A stretch of DNA of 33,011 nt from an uncultured Muribaculaceae bacterium (GTDB lineage Bacteria > Bacillota_I > Bacilli_A > RF39 > UBA660), in the NCBI GenBank assembly GCA_964398265.1, contig CAYNLX010000002.1:1-33011 (forward strand), written 5' to 3'. How positions within the stretch are numbered: the stretch's first letter is position 1; every line of letters starts with the position of its first letter. The notes below the pieces were generated by a model. It had not been told where the DNA came from. It ran no database searches and saw nothing but the letters and a program-made list of their open reading frames with translations. Positions 7,624 to 16,995 of this stretch are shown in pieces. Made by a program: the position numbers and the translations under genes.

Positions 7624-8739
7624 CTATTTCAATAGTTTAAGCCACTGGTTTTTAACTTTTTCGGATAAATATTCTTTTACTTTTTTCTTTGACTTATCTG
7701 AATACTTTTTTAACTCTTTTTTATTATTTAATAATTCTACTATCTTATTTGTCATTTCCTGTTTATCTCTATTCTTGACTAATATACCTGTATTTTTGAG
7801 AAGTTCCTTTGCTCCGGTAGCACTATCAAAAGCAATACAAGGTAATCCATAATTCATAGCCTCAATTAATACTAACCCGAATGATTCAGTAAATGATGTC
7901 ATCACATATAACGATGATTTTAAATACTTTTTTTCTAATTCAGTTTGACCAATAAATCCTAATAAACTTACATTGTTTTTTAAAGCATATTTATCAATTT
8001 GTTCTTCAATTCTGTTTTTTTCAGATCCATCTCCGCATATAGTTAAATGAACATCAGGTATCTCTTTTTTTACTAGATTTATTATTTCTATTAAATCATA
8101 AAAACCTTTTTCTGTTGCTAATCTTCCGACTGTTATTATATTATTGTTGTTTAATTCACTAATAATGCATGAAGATTTATCAATAACATTAGGAATATAA
8201 ATACACTTAGTATTACCTATGCGCTTATTGTAATAATTGTATAATTCTTTTGATATTGCAATATAATAATCAAAACCTTTTAATGATTTAATAACTTTAT
8301 TATTATATTTATCTGAGTCATTACAAGAGTTATGCTCACTAGCAATTTTAATAATACCTTTTCTTAAATATTTATTTATCAATCTGTTATGCTCTATCCT
8401 CGTTGATATTATTATATCGCAATTTACATTTTTTATTGCTTTTTTTATTCTATGCTTTTTTTGGAATAAAATATATATTCTTTTAAAAATTTCCTTTAAT
8501 AATAATAAATACTTTTTTGAATTCAATAATTGTCTAGCAGAATTATCATAAGGGCCAAAAGAAAACAAATAAAAAATTTTTACTTTGTTATCGATGAAAT
8601 ATGCAGGTGTTTTTTTAGTTTTATAAACTGAAATAATCTCAACGTTATAATCGCTTGATAAAATGTTAGCTAACGAAGAAACATACTTTTCTATTCCTCC
8701 ATGACCCAAATGAAGGCAAACAATAACAATTTTTTTCAT
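7624..8739 (-). CDS. Glycosyltransferase family 4 (GT-B, retaining type)
   Basis: 371 aa with VGRLATEKGFYDLIE and a canonical EX7E block (TESFGLVLIEAMNYGLPCIAFD). Its start overlaps the upstream stop as ATGA. Confidence 0.9.
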   Translation of the reverse strand: MKKIVIVCLHLGHGGIEKYVSSLANILSSDYNVEIISVYKTKKTPAYFIDNKVKIFYLFSFGPYDNSARQLLNSKKYLLLLKEIFKRIYILFQKKHRIKKAIKNVNCDIIISTRIEHNRLINKYLRKGIIKIASEHNSCNDSDKYNNKVIKSLKGFDYYIAISKELYNYYNKRIGNTKCIYIPNVIDKSSCIISELNNNNIITVGRLATEKGFYDLIEIINLVKKEIPDVHLTICGDGSEKNRIEEQIDKYALKNNVSLLGFIGQTELEKKYLKSSLYVMTSFTESFGLVLIEAMNYGLPCIAFDSATGAKELLKNTGILVKNRDKQEMTNKIVELLNNKKELKKYSDKSKKKVKEYLSEKVKNQWLKLLK

Positions 8740-9938
8740 TTTCCATCTCCATATAGTGTTATTTCATCCTCAAGTATTTTCTCTAATTCATTCATAAGTT
8801 TTTCTTTTTCAAAATGTTTTTTATAATAATTAAATCCATTTATACCATATTTTTTCCATTTATTAATCATTTTAATCTCTTCCAAAATAAGTTTTGACAT
8901 ACCTTCGGCATCTAATGAATTACAACATACACCGCATTTTGCTTCCTTAATTATATCATTTACTTCTCCACTTGCTGCACCAAAAATCGGCTTTTTTGCA
9001 AGCATATAAGATTGAATTTTTGCAGGAAGCGTATTATTTACTATTTCATTATCGTCCATAGTTATAACAAATGCATCTGCTAATTCATAAAATTTTTCCA
9101 TTTGTTCAACATTATAAAACCCATAAAAAACTACATTACTAAGATTATAGCTTTTTGCCAACTTCATACACTTTTTTTTATTTAATCCATCTCCAATAAT
9201 ATGAAAAATAATGTTTTTCTGTTTTTTTAAATAATTTGCACATTCTATTATGGTTTCTACACTTTGTGCTGGGCCAATATTACCAGCAAATACTAAATCT
9301 ATCTTATCATTGTTTGTTGTTGATTCAATACAGTAAACATCTTCAGCATATGATGGCCAATAATTTATGCTTTTTTTTATTTTAAGTACTTCATTAAAAT
9401 ATCTTTCAAACGACTTAGAACTTATAGTAATCTTATCTGCTCCATTATAAATATACTTACTATATTTCAATGCTATTTTATAAATTAAACTATTCTTTTT
9501 TATCCCACCTGCTGTTAAACTTATTGGCCACTGATCTAAACAATGAATAATGAAAGGAATTTTCTGTCTCTTTTTCACAATTATTCCAGCATGAGCCATG
9601 GATATTGGAGATAATTGAAAACAATATACTATATCAAACTCTTGATTAAGAAATAGAGCTTTCATACAAGATGTTATTAGAAAAGAAACATAGTTTAATC
9701 CCATTTTTAAAGTACTATTACCTCTGCCAACTATTCCACAGCGAATTATTTTAATTCCGTTATACGTTTCTTTTCTTTTTCTAAAAAACCTATAATCTTT
9801 TTGAATAACACCGCTTGGATAATTTGGCAATCCAGTTAAAACAGTTACACTATTTCCTTTTTTTAACAAATCTAAAGCTATATCATTTATTCTAAATTGT
9901 TCCGGATAAAAATGTTGACATATTATTAATATTCTCAT
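8736..9938 (-). CDS. WcaI-like glycosyltransferase (GT4 / GT-B)
   Basis: 400 aa. The N-terminus MRILIICQHFYPEQFRINDIALDLLKKGNSVTVLTGLPNYP is typical of WcaI-type GT-B enzymes. The C-terminal half has LPAKIQSYMLAKKPIFG. Confidence 0.8.
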   Translation of the reverse strand: MRILIICQHFYPEQFRINDIALDLLKKGNSVTVLTGLPNYPSGVIQKDYRFFRKRKETYNGIKIIRCGIVGRGNSTLKMGLNYVSFLITSCMKALFLNQEFDIVYCFQLSPISMAHAGIIVKKRQKIPFIIHCLDQWPISLTAGGIKKNSLIYKIALKYSKYIYNGADKITISSKSFERYFNEVLKIKKSINYWPSYAEDVYCIESTTNNDKIDLVFAGNIGPAQSVETIIECANYLKKQKNIIFHIIGDGLNKKKCMKLAKSYNLSNVVFYGFYNVEQMEKFYELADAFVITMDDNEIVNNTLPAKIQSYMLAKKPIFGAASGEVNDIIKEAKCGVCCNSLDAEGMSKLILEEIKMINKWKKYGINGFNYYKKHFEKEKLMNELEKILEDEITLYGDGK

Positions 9939-9945
9939 ATAAACC

Positions 9946-10278
9946 TCATTTATTACTTTTTAATATAGATATTTCCTGAATTAATTTTCTAATCCTTTTC
10001 CCTTGCTTTGATACAATAACCGTTAGTGATAACAACATAAAAATTGTCATAGCAAACAAAAATGCAAAAATAAGATTAGAGCCTGTTTTTATTCCAACAA
10101 TTTTTGTTATAAAAGATAAAAAGCCAGGAATAACGGTGAATAACAATAATAATCCAATTATAAAAAACCATAAAATTGAATACTTAATAGATATTTGATC
10201 TTTTTTTAGCATCAATAATACCACTACGGCCAACACTATTAATAATGTAAAACTAATTATAATTAACTTAATTGGCAT
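9946..10278 (-). CDS. DUF2304 small membrane protein (GacJ-like partner of polyprenyl-phosphate sugar synthases)
   Basis: 110 aa with three to four hydrophobic helices and the family-typical ISIKYSILWFFIIGLLLLF...SLTVIVSKQGKRIRKLIQEISILK. Its start overlaps the GT2 stop (TAATG). Confidence 0.75.
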   Translation of the reverse strand: MPIKLIIISFTLLIVLAVVVLLMLKKDQISIKYSILWFFIIGLLLLFTVIPGFLSFITKIVGIKTGSNLIFAFLFAMTIFMLLSLTVIVSKQGKRIRKLIQEISILKSNK

Positions 10279-10976
10279 TATTTTTCCCTCCTTATATATA
10301 TTATCAATATCGACAATACAACATTAATCATATAATAAATGTTTTTCCATGTTCTTATCGAAGATATTCCACTTTTTCTTTCTTTCATAATAACAGGTAC
10401 TTCGGTAACAGTTTTTTGTTTCCTAAGTAAAATGGTAGTAGTAACTGGTTCTGGATATTCTACAGGATATTCATTTTTAAAAATTTCTATTACTTTTTTG
10501 TTACACGCTCTAAGTCCAGATGTTGTATCATATATTTTAAAACCAGTAGTTAGTTTAATAAAGAAAGAAATTATTCTAATTCCTATACGTCTTGAAAAAG
10601 ATGATTTAAATCCCTCGTTATTATCTACAAATCTCGACCCTATTACCATATCTGCTTTATTTAATAAAATTGGTTTAATTAAGCTCTCAATCGAATTTAT
10701 ATCATGCTGTCCATCTCCATCAAATTGAATAGCAATATCATAATCGTGATCATAAGCATACTTATATCCAGTTTGAACAGCTCCACCTATTCCTAAATTA
10801 CTTACCAAACTAATATAGTTATAATTATTTATTTTACATATTTTTTCAGTATTATCTGTTGAACAATCATTAATAATTATATAATCATATTTATTATTCT
10901 TTTTTATTTCTTCAATCACCAATTTTATATTATCTTCTTCATTGTATGCAGGTATAATTAAAAGTATTTTTTTCAT
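10278..10976 (-). CDS. GT2 glycosyltransferase, polyprenyl-phosphate sugar synthase type (GtrB/CsbB/GacI-like)
   Basis: 232 aa with IIPAYNEEDNI, INDCSTDNT and FDGDGQHD motifs. Small GT-A size, with a short hydrophobic C-terminus (MINVVLSILIIYI). Coupled to the DUF2304 gene. Confidence 0.85.
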   Translation of the reverse strand: MKKILLIIPAYNEEDNIKLVIEEIKKNNKYDYIIINDCSTDNTEKICKINNYNYISLVSNLGIGGAVQTGYKYAYDHDYDIAIQFDGDGQHDINSIESLIKPILLNKADMVIGSRFVDNNEGFKSSFSRRIGIRIISFFIKLTTGFKIYDTTSGLRACNKKVIEIFKNEYPVEYPEPVTTTILLRKQKTVTEVPVIMKERKSGISSIRTWKNIYYMINVVLSILIIYIRREK

Positions 10977-10981
10977 ATTCG

Positions 10982-12856
10982 TTACTCCTCCAATTCAAAA
11001 TGAAATTTAGACTTTGTATTTTTAACAATTCTATATATTTGATCTGAATTAAGTTTTGTATTAAACATTGAAGAGTATTTATTTTCAAAATAATCATCAA
11101 TATTTAGTAAGATTATATAATCATAATCTTTATTTACCAAATTCCAAAAATCTTCCACTTCATAATCACTTGACCATTGATCAGACTCATAACATATATT
11201 TCCGATGCTCCATGGAAAATTATTTTTATTAGTCTTAATAGGAGTTAATTCATATCTCATTACCCAAAAATCAAATCCGTCGCTACATCTCGAAACTATA
11301 AAAACTGAATCTTCCTTTTTTACAATTTTTTTCACTTTTTCCCCGAGATTTACATATCTTTCCCTAATATTTTTTGAAGATATCCATGATTGTGGAGCTA
11401 ATAATGATATTGACAAATAAGATATCGGCTGTAAAGAAAAGAATACTACTAAAAATAATACACAAATACATTTTTTCGTATTAATATTTTTTATAATACT
11501 TATCACCATCAACAATAATAGTCCTATAATATATGGAGAAAAATACCTATTAAATGAAGCAAGTCTTAATGCTTCGTATTCTGAAAAAATTGAAATATAA
11601 CATGAAAACACAATTATACTATAACCCAAAAAACCAAGTAAAGATGATATTATACTACATAATATAAACCTTTTTTGATCCTTTTTGCTTTTGCTATATA
11701 TGTATCCCATTGTAAAAATAAAAATAATTAAAAAAGCTGCAATAGAAATATTAATAAAGGAATCTACCATTCTTCCATTAAATATTTCTCTTATAAAATT
11801 ACACAACACTTTTAAACGATAATCACCGGTATTAAACATAAAAATCTTTTTATAACTTGAAATCACTAAAGAAAAAGTATTAGACGATATTCCGCTTTTT
11901 TCTCCATACAATGATAAAAAGAATATCCAACTATATCTAATAAGTAATGATGGCAATAATATTAAAATATTAACTAAAATTTTTTTTACATACATAGATT
12001 TTTTCTCTAGCTTTTCAGAAAACAAAACCATAAATGACATTATCAAGAATACTAATAGCGAAAGCACGAATCCAAAGTCTTTTATTATTATTAGTGCAGA
12101 TAGAATAGTTGATAAAAACAAATAATCAAAAAAGCTTTTTTTCTTTATACAAAAGCAATAGTATAATGCTACGAAAAAATAAATACCAAGTGTAGCATCA
12201 ACATACAAGGATGAATAAGCATTCCAAATTACAAGTAATGGTAAGAAAAAAATAATTAAAACTGAAAAAATAGTTTTTATAGAAAAAACTTCTTTAAGCT
12301 TATTTACATTAGTTAATAAAATAAATAATGGAGATATAGTAAAAATACTCATCGAAAGAAACAATACTGATTCTTTATATTCTCCAAATAGTTTTAAGCA
12401 ATAATATTGAAAAATAGAAGTTCCAGACAAATAACTCTTTGCTACAATAGTAGAATCCAGGCCCGTTCCCAAATTATTTAACATAAACATATTCTTTGCG
12501 GATAAAGCCCAATGAGAAAATTCATCCCAAACGGTAGCCATTTGAGAAAAAGAGGCCCATGAGAATAATAAAAAAACAACAATAATAATAAACAATGATG
12601 GCCTAATTATCAATTGTAATAATTGCCTATTTTTTATTATTTTAACCATCATTATAATGAATGAAATAATATTTATACCTATCAAAAAATGGAAACCAAT
12701 TAAAAGATTATTAAAAGCTATACCAAATAAATATAAAAATAAAGCTTGAAATACTATTGAAAGAATAAATGTTAATTCTATTTTTTTATTAAACATAATA
12801 GAAATAAAACTACTCATATTAATTAATAATAATAATAATAATATATATCCCATCAT
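10982..12856 (-). CDS. Polytopic membrane protein, putative GT-C fold glycosyltransferase (GacL/YfhO-like role), paralog of 24525-26432
   Basis: 624 aa, more than 12 hydrophobic segments by eye and a roughly 130-aa soluble C-terminus. The acidic loop motif VWDEFSHW (D111-E112, nt 12526-12521) follows the third helix. It is alignable along its length with the 635-aa protein. Function is inferred from context (GT2 + DUF2304 directly upstream). Confidence 0.6.
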   Translation of the reverse strand: MMGYILLLLLLINMSSFISIMFNKKIELTFILSIVFQALFLYLFGIAFNNLLIGFHFLIGINIISFIIMMVKIIKNRQLLQLIIRPSLFIIIVVFLLFSWASFSQMATVWDEFSHWALSAKNMFMLNNLGTGLDSTIVAKSYLSGTSIFQYYCLKLFGEYKESVLFLSMSIFTISPLFILLTNVNKLKEVFSIKTIFSVLIIFFLPLLVIWNAYSSLYVDATLGIYFFVALYYCFCIKKKSFFDYLFLSTILSALIIIKDFGFVLSLLVFLIMSFMVLFSEKLEKKSMYVKKILVNILILLPSLLIRYSWIFFLSLYGEKSGISSNTFSLVISSYKKIFMFNTGDYRLKVLCNFIREIFNGRMVDSFINISIAAFLIIFIFTMGYIYSKSKKDQKRFILCSIISSLLGFLGYSIIVFSCYISIFSEYEALRLASFNRYFSPYIIGLLLLMVISIIKNINTKKCICVLFLVVFFSLQPISYLSISLLAPQSWISSKNIRERYVNLGEKVKKIVKKEDSVFIVSRCSDGFDFWVMRYELTPIKTNKNNFPWSIGNICYESDQWSSDYEVEDFWNLVNKDYDYIILLNIDDYFENKYSSMFNTKLNSDQIYRIVKNTKSKFHFELEE

Positions 12857-12858
12857 TT

Positions 12859-14016
12859 CTATTTCTCCTTAAATTCTTTCTTTTTTTTCTCGCAATATTT
12901 CTTCATGACCGTCAAATTATTATAGTCATAATAATATATCAATTCTTGATAAAAAGCTTCTACGCTTCCTTCCAATTCAATTTTTCTTTCATCAGAAATA
13001 TCATTTATAATACTCATTAATTTATTGTCAGTCATCTTCCTTACATTACTATTTGTTTTAGATACTTGACTATCATGAACTCTTATTGAAGAACCAAAGA
13101 CTGGAATATTAATAAAATTATAACCTTTTTTCATCATTCTATACCACATATCTTTTTCTTGAGATATTCTATCATTTTCATCAAAAAATCCACATTCATC
13201 AAAAACGTTTTTAGGAATCATTACAGATCCTCCATTAATATCTCCATATAGAATACTATATTCTGTCTTATAAAAAGATAATAAATAATTAATTGTTTTC
13301 TTATTAATAAAGTTTGTCTCGTTAATTAAAACATTATTATTAGAATTGATAATATCATATAGCATAAAGCCAATACTCTTTTTCCCAAAATTTTTAGATA
13401 AAAATTTTACTTGTTCTTCTAAAAAATTGCTTTTATAAAGATCGTCATGACTCAACCAAACAAAATACTCACCATTCATCATTCGAATACCATAATTAAT
13501 CGCTGATGATACACCACCATTTTCTTTTTCATAATAACTAATAAGATTAGGGAACTTTTTTTGATATGATTTTGCAATTTTTTTAGTTTGTCCATTGTCG
13601 TTACTACCATCGTTTACTATTATTATTTCAAAATTTCTATAGCTTTGAGATAAGGCACTTTCAATAGCAAACTTTATATAATTAGTAGCATTGTATGCGG
13701 GTATAACAATAGATATTTTTGGATTAACTTTATTATTTTCCTTCACATTGTCATATATCGCCTTATTCTCCAAAAAAACTTGTTTATTAATTCTACAAAA
13801 TTCATATGAAACCTGTTTTTTGTTATTTAACAATATTTCTTTAAATACTAATTCGAATTTATTATCATGGACATCTATTGCCTTATATATATCATTAAAT
13901 TGACTTGATAATTTTTTTTCTATTATATCTGTTGATATTTCATCATAACTTGGGTAACCAATAATTTTTAAAAAACACTTTCTAACAAATTGTTTCAATT
14001 TTTTAAAACTTCTCAT
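12859..14016 (-). CDS. GT2 glycosyltransferase with a roughly 95-aa N-terminal extension
   Basis: 385 aa with ISIVIPAYNATNYIKFAIESALSQSYRNFEIIIVNDGSNDNG...WLSHDD. Close paralog of the first domain of the next gene upstream. Confidence 0.85.
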   Translation of the reverse strand: MRSFKKLKQFVRKCFLKIIGYPSYDEISTDIIEKKLSSQFNDIYKAIDVHDNKFELVFKEILLNNKKQVSYEFCRINKQVFLENKAIYDNVKENNKVNPKISIVIPAYNATNYIKFAIESALSQSYRNFEIIIVNDGSNDNGQTKKIAKSYQKKFPNLISYYEKENGGVSSAINYGIRMMNGEYFVWLSHDDLYKSNFLEEQVKFLSKNFGKKSIGFMLYDIINSNNNVLINETNFINKKTINYLLSFYKTEYSILYGDINGGSVMIPKNVFDECGFFDENDRISQEKDMWYRMMKKGYNFINIPVFGSSIRVHDSQVSKTNSNVRKMTDNKLMSIINDISDERKIELEGSVEAFYQELIYYYDYNNLTVMKKYCEKKKKEFKEK

Positions 14017-15811
14017 TTATTTTTTTCACTACCTTTTTAATAATTCTTTTTATTGTAAAAATTGCACCATATCTCTTATATGATTCTTTTGTAACTAAAT
14101 ATAATCTTTTAATGCGTGGGATTCTTCGATTATTTTCATCCAAAGAATAAGATTGATCCGTAATTTTTAATATAGTTTTATGCTTGTTTTCTCTTACCAT
14201 TCGAATATATTCCTCTAATAAGTAAGATATTTCCATATCATATGAACTATATTCTTTATCATTCATAATATATTTAATTATCGTTTTATATCCTAAGATT
14301 TGTTTATCAATATCATATGCGGAACTACTATCTAATACATTTACGACCGAAAGCGGCTCATCAATTCCAAATAATTCTTCATTTCTAACTAGTTCAAGCC
14401 AAAAGCAAGTATCTTCTCCTATAATTAATTCTGGATTAAAACGAAAATGATTTTTTTCTAAATAATCCCTTAAAATCATAACAGTAGGAGTTGCAATACC
14501 ACAACTATATAGCATTTGAGGAATTACTATTCCCGTTTGTCTTCCACTTGGAATATATCTTGTTTCATTAAAGCCAACCCTTTTATATGATGTATGACTA
14601 ATTTTTGCACATTGTAATTCCATATCATATAATTGATCATATAATTTATTAACTACAAAATAATCATCAGAATCCAAAAAAGCAATATATTTTCCTTTTG
14701 CCATATCCATGCCGACATTTCTAGCATTGGCTGCTCCGCCATTTTTATTTAAATTAATTAACTTTATTCTAGAATTTTTATTTATTACTTTTTCCAATTT
14801 TTTCAAAGAATCCGTTGAGCAATCATTAATTAATAACAACTCCCAATTATTATGAGTTTGATTAATAACAGATTCAATAGCATTAATGGTTACATCGATT
14901 CGATTAAAAAATGGAATAACAACACTTACTTTTATTTTGTCCAAGCCTTTTTTAGTTTTTTCTACCAATTTTGAACATTCATTAACACAATATTTTTCTG
15001 CTTCATCATATGGTGTGTCGGACAAAAAGATTGCCATTCTTGAGTAGAAATTAAATTCGCTTCCTTCAAGTCTTATTCTTGCTTCTTTCGAAGTTTCTTT
15101 TATTAAGTTTGTCCATAAAACATTTCCTTCTGATTTAACTTTTTCATTTACCACAGTAACTTGACCTGAATGTGTTCTTGATTGAGCTACTATTTTAGGC
15201 ATATGAAAAAAATCAAAATAATTTTTCATTTCGTTCCATTTAACATAATCTTGAACACATCTTAAATTTTCATCAAATAATCCACATTTTTCAAAAGCTT
15301 TTTTTGGAATAAGCAAAGTTATACCATTAATTGTTCCTCTTAATAATGCGTATTCCGGCTTTTTCAACAGCATCTCATGATCCTTAATACATTCTGATAT
15401 TATTTTTCCTTTACAATCAATTAATTCATAATCTGAATAAACTATCGCATCTGGATTTTTTATTTCTTTAAGATAATTAATTTGATCTTCTATTTTATTA
15501 GGCAAATAAATGTCATCATGACTAAGCCAAGAAAAATAACTTCCCTTCATTTGTTTAATTGCTAAATTTAGTGCAGTAGATACTCCACCATTTTCTTTTT
15601 CAAAATACTTTACTGTTTTTGGATAATTCTTAACATATGATTGAGCTATTTTAGAGGTTTTTCCGTTATCATTACTTCCATCATTTACTATTATTATTTC
15701 TATATTCTTATATGTTTGTTCAAGCGCACTTTCAACAGCTTCTTTTAAATAATTTGAACCATTATACACAGGTATTATTATTGAAACCAAATATTGATTT
15801 TTATTATTCAT
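14003..15811 (-). CDS. Bifunctional glycosyltransferase with two GT2 (GT-A) domains; candidate chain-extending polymerase
   Basis: 602 aa. Domain 1 is VSIIIPVYNGSNYL...IIVNDGSNDNG...WLSHDD. Domain 2 is VSVVIPFFNRIDV...LINDCSTDS...FLDSDD. RBS GGGAGGAAG. Confidence 0.9.
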   Translation of the reverse strand: MNNKNQYLVSIIIPVYNGSNYLKEAVESALEQTYKNIEIIIVNDGSNDNGKTSKIAQSYVKNYPKTVKYFEKENGGVSTALNLAIKQMKGSYFSWLSHDDIYLPNKIEDQINYLKEIKNPDAIVYSDYELIDCKGKIISECIKDHEMLLKKPEYALLRGTINGITLLIPKKAFEKCGLFDENLRCVQDYVKWNEMKNYFDFFHMPKIVAQSRTHSGQVTVVNEKVKSEGNVLWTNLIKETSKEARIRLEGSEFNFYSRMAIFLSDTPYDEAEKYCVNECSKLVEKTKKGLDKIKVSVVIPFFNRIDVTINAIESVINQTHNNWELLLINDCSTDSLKKLEKVINKNSRIKLINLNKNGGAANARNVGMDMAKGKYIAFLDSDDYFVVNKLYDQLYDMELQCAKISHTSYKRVGFNETRYIPSGRQTGIVIPQMLYSCGIATPTVMILRDYLEKNHFRFNPELIIGEDTCFWLELVRNEELFGIDEPLSVVNVLDSSSAYDIDKQILGYKTIIKYIMNDKEYSSYDMEISYLLEEYIRMVRENKHKTILKITDQSYSLDENNRRIPRIKRLYLVTKESYKRYGAIFTIKRIIKKVVKKINEKF

Positions 15812-15855
15812 TAGATACTTCCTCCCGATAATACTATTATAACTTAATTGTCAAT

Positions 15856-15883
15856 AAAAAAAAAGAGAAAACACTATTTTCTC
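15856..15883 (-). terminator. Intrinsic terminator (or attenuating hairpin) inside the minus-strand gene array, after capG
   Basis: Minus strand reads GAGAAAA (15883-15877), loop TAGTG (contains the capG TAG stop), TTTTCTC (15871-15865), then nine T (15864-15856). Confidence 0.6.
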
Positions 15884-16995
15884 CATGTCCTATGATTCAC
15901 TATATTATAATAGCTTTGTATAATTTTAACCACTTTTTCACTTACATTTGATGATTTATAATCATTAACAGGATTCTCTTTATTTGGATCATATGAATTA
16001 ACCGCTAATTCTATTGAAGATTCAATATCTCTACAATTAGTTCCACCTAATACTACTGTTCCTGAATCTAATGCTTCGGGTCTTTCTGTACTGTTTCTTA
16101 AAGACACTGCTGGAAAATTTAATATAGCACATTCTTCTGCAATAGTACCGCTATCAGATAATACGCAAAAAGCATTTTTTTGTAAACAGTTATAATCAAA
16201 AAAATCTAAAGGTTCTAAATTTACTATTAAATCATTCAATTTAATATTATTTTCTTTTAATCTTTTTGCTGTTCTAGGATGAGTAGAAAAAATTATTGGC
16301 ATTTTATATTTTTCTGCAACACTATTTAATGATTCCATTAACTCCTTTAAAACTTCTTTGTTATCTACATTTTCTTCACGATGAGAGCTTACAACAAAGT
16401 ATTTATTTTTTTCTATATTAAGCTTTGAAAGAATACTTGAAGCATCAATACTATCTATGTTTTTATTAATAACTTCATTCATAGGAGATCCGGTTACATA
16501 TAAGAAATCATTTGTTACGCCTTCGTTTATCAAATATTGTCTTGCATTTTCAGAATAAGCTAAATTAATATCGCTAATGTGATCTACAACTCGCCTATTA
16601 ATTTCCTCAGGAACATTGAAATCAAAACATCTATTTCCAGCTTCCATATGAAAGATAGGAGTTTTTAGTCTTTTTGCTGAATATGCAGATAAACAACTAT
16701 TTGTATCGCCTAATACTAATAGACCATCTGGATTTTCCTTTTGAATAACTTCATATGTTTTTGCTATTATATTACCAACAGTCTCGCCTAAATCTTTCCC
16801 TGGAACATTTAGATAGTATTTTGGTTCTTTTAATTTAAAATTTTCAAAAAACACATCATTTAAAGTATGATCATAATTTTGCCCAGTATGAACTAAAACT
16901 AGCTCAAAATATTTATCAATAGCTTTAATTACTTCTGATAACCTAATAATTTCTGGACGCGTTCCAACTACTACCATTATTTTTAACTTCTTCAT
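15874..16995 (-). CDS. capG: UDP-2-acetamido-2,6-dideoxy-L-talose 2-epimerase (CapG/FnlC; non-hydrolysing UDP-GlcNAc 2-epimerase family)
   Basis: 373 aa that match S. aureus CapG throughout as I recall that sequence: VGTRPEIIRLS, HTGQNYD, LGDTNS, HMEAGNRCFD.NVPEEINR, STHPR and SDSGT..EE. Confidence 0.92.
   Translation of the reverse strand: MKKLKIMVVVGTRPEIIRLSEVIKAIDKYFELVLVHTGQNYDHTLNDVFFENFKLKEPKYYLNVPGKDLGETVGNIIAKTYEVIQKENPDGLLVLGDTNSCLSAYSAKRLKTPIFHMEAGNRCFDFNVPEEINRRVVDHISDINLAYSENARQYLINEGVTNDFLYVTGSPMNEVINKNIDSIDASSILSKLNIEKNKYFVVSSHREENVDNKEVLKELMESLNSVAEKYKMPIIFSTHPRTAKRLKENNIKLNDLIVNLEPLDFFDYNCLQKNAFCVLSDSGTIAEECAILNFPAVSLRNSTERPEALDSGTVVLGGTNCRDIESSIELAVNSYDPNKENPVNDYKSSNVSEKVVKIIQSYYNIVNHRTWRK

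Noticed and set aside
10339-10728. 129-aa plus-strand ORF opposite the GT2 gene
   Set aside because: The minus-strand frame carries unmistakable GT2 motifs. The plus-strand ORF has no motif and no RBS.
15812-15855. Internal promoter for the downstream transferase genes (TTGACA on the minus strand at 15854-15849)
   Set aside because: Candidate -10 hexamers are either 15 nt away (TATTAT) or poor (TTATCG). They would place the transcription start inside or after the GGGAGG RBS. I do not report it as a feature.
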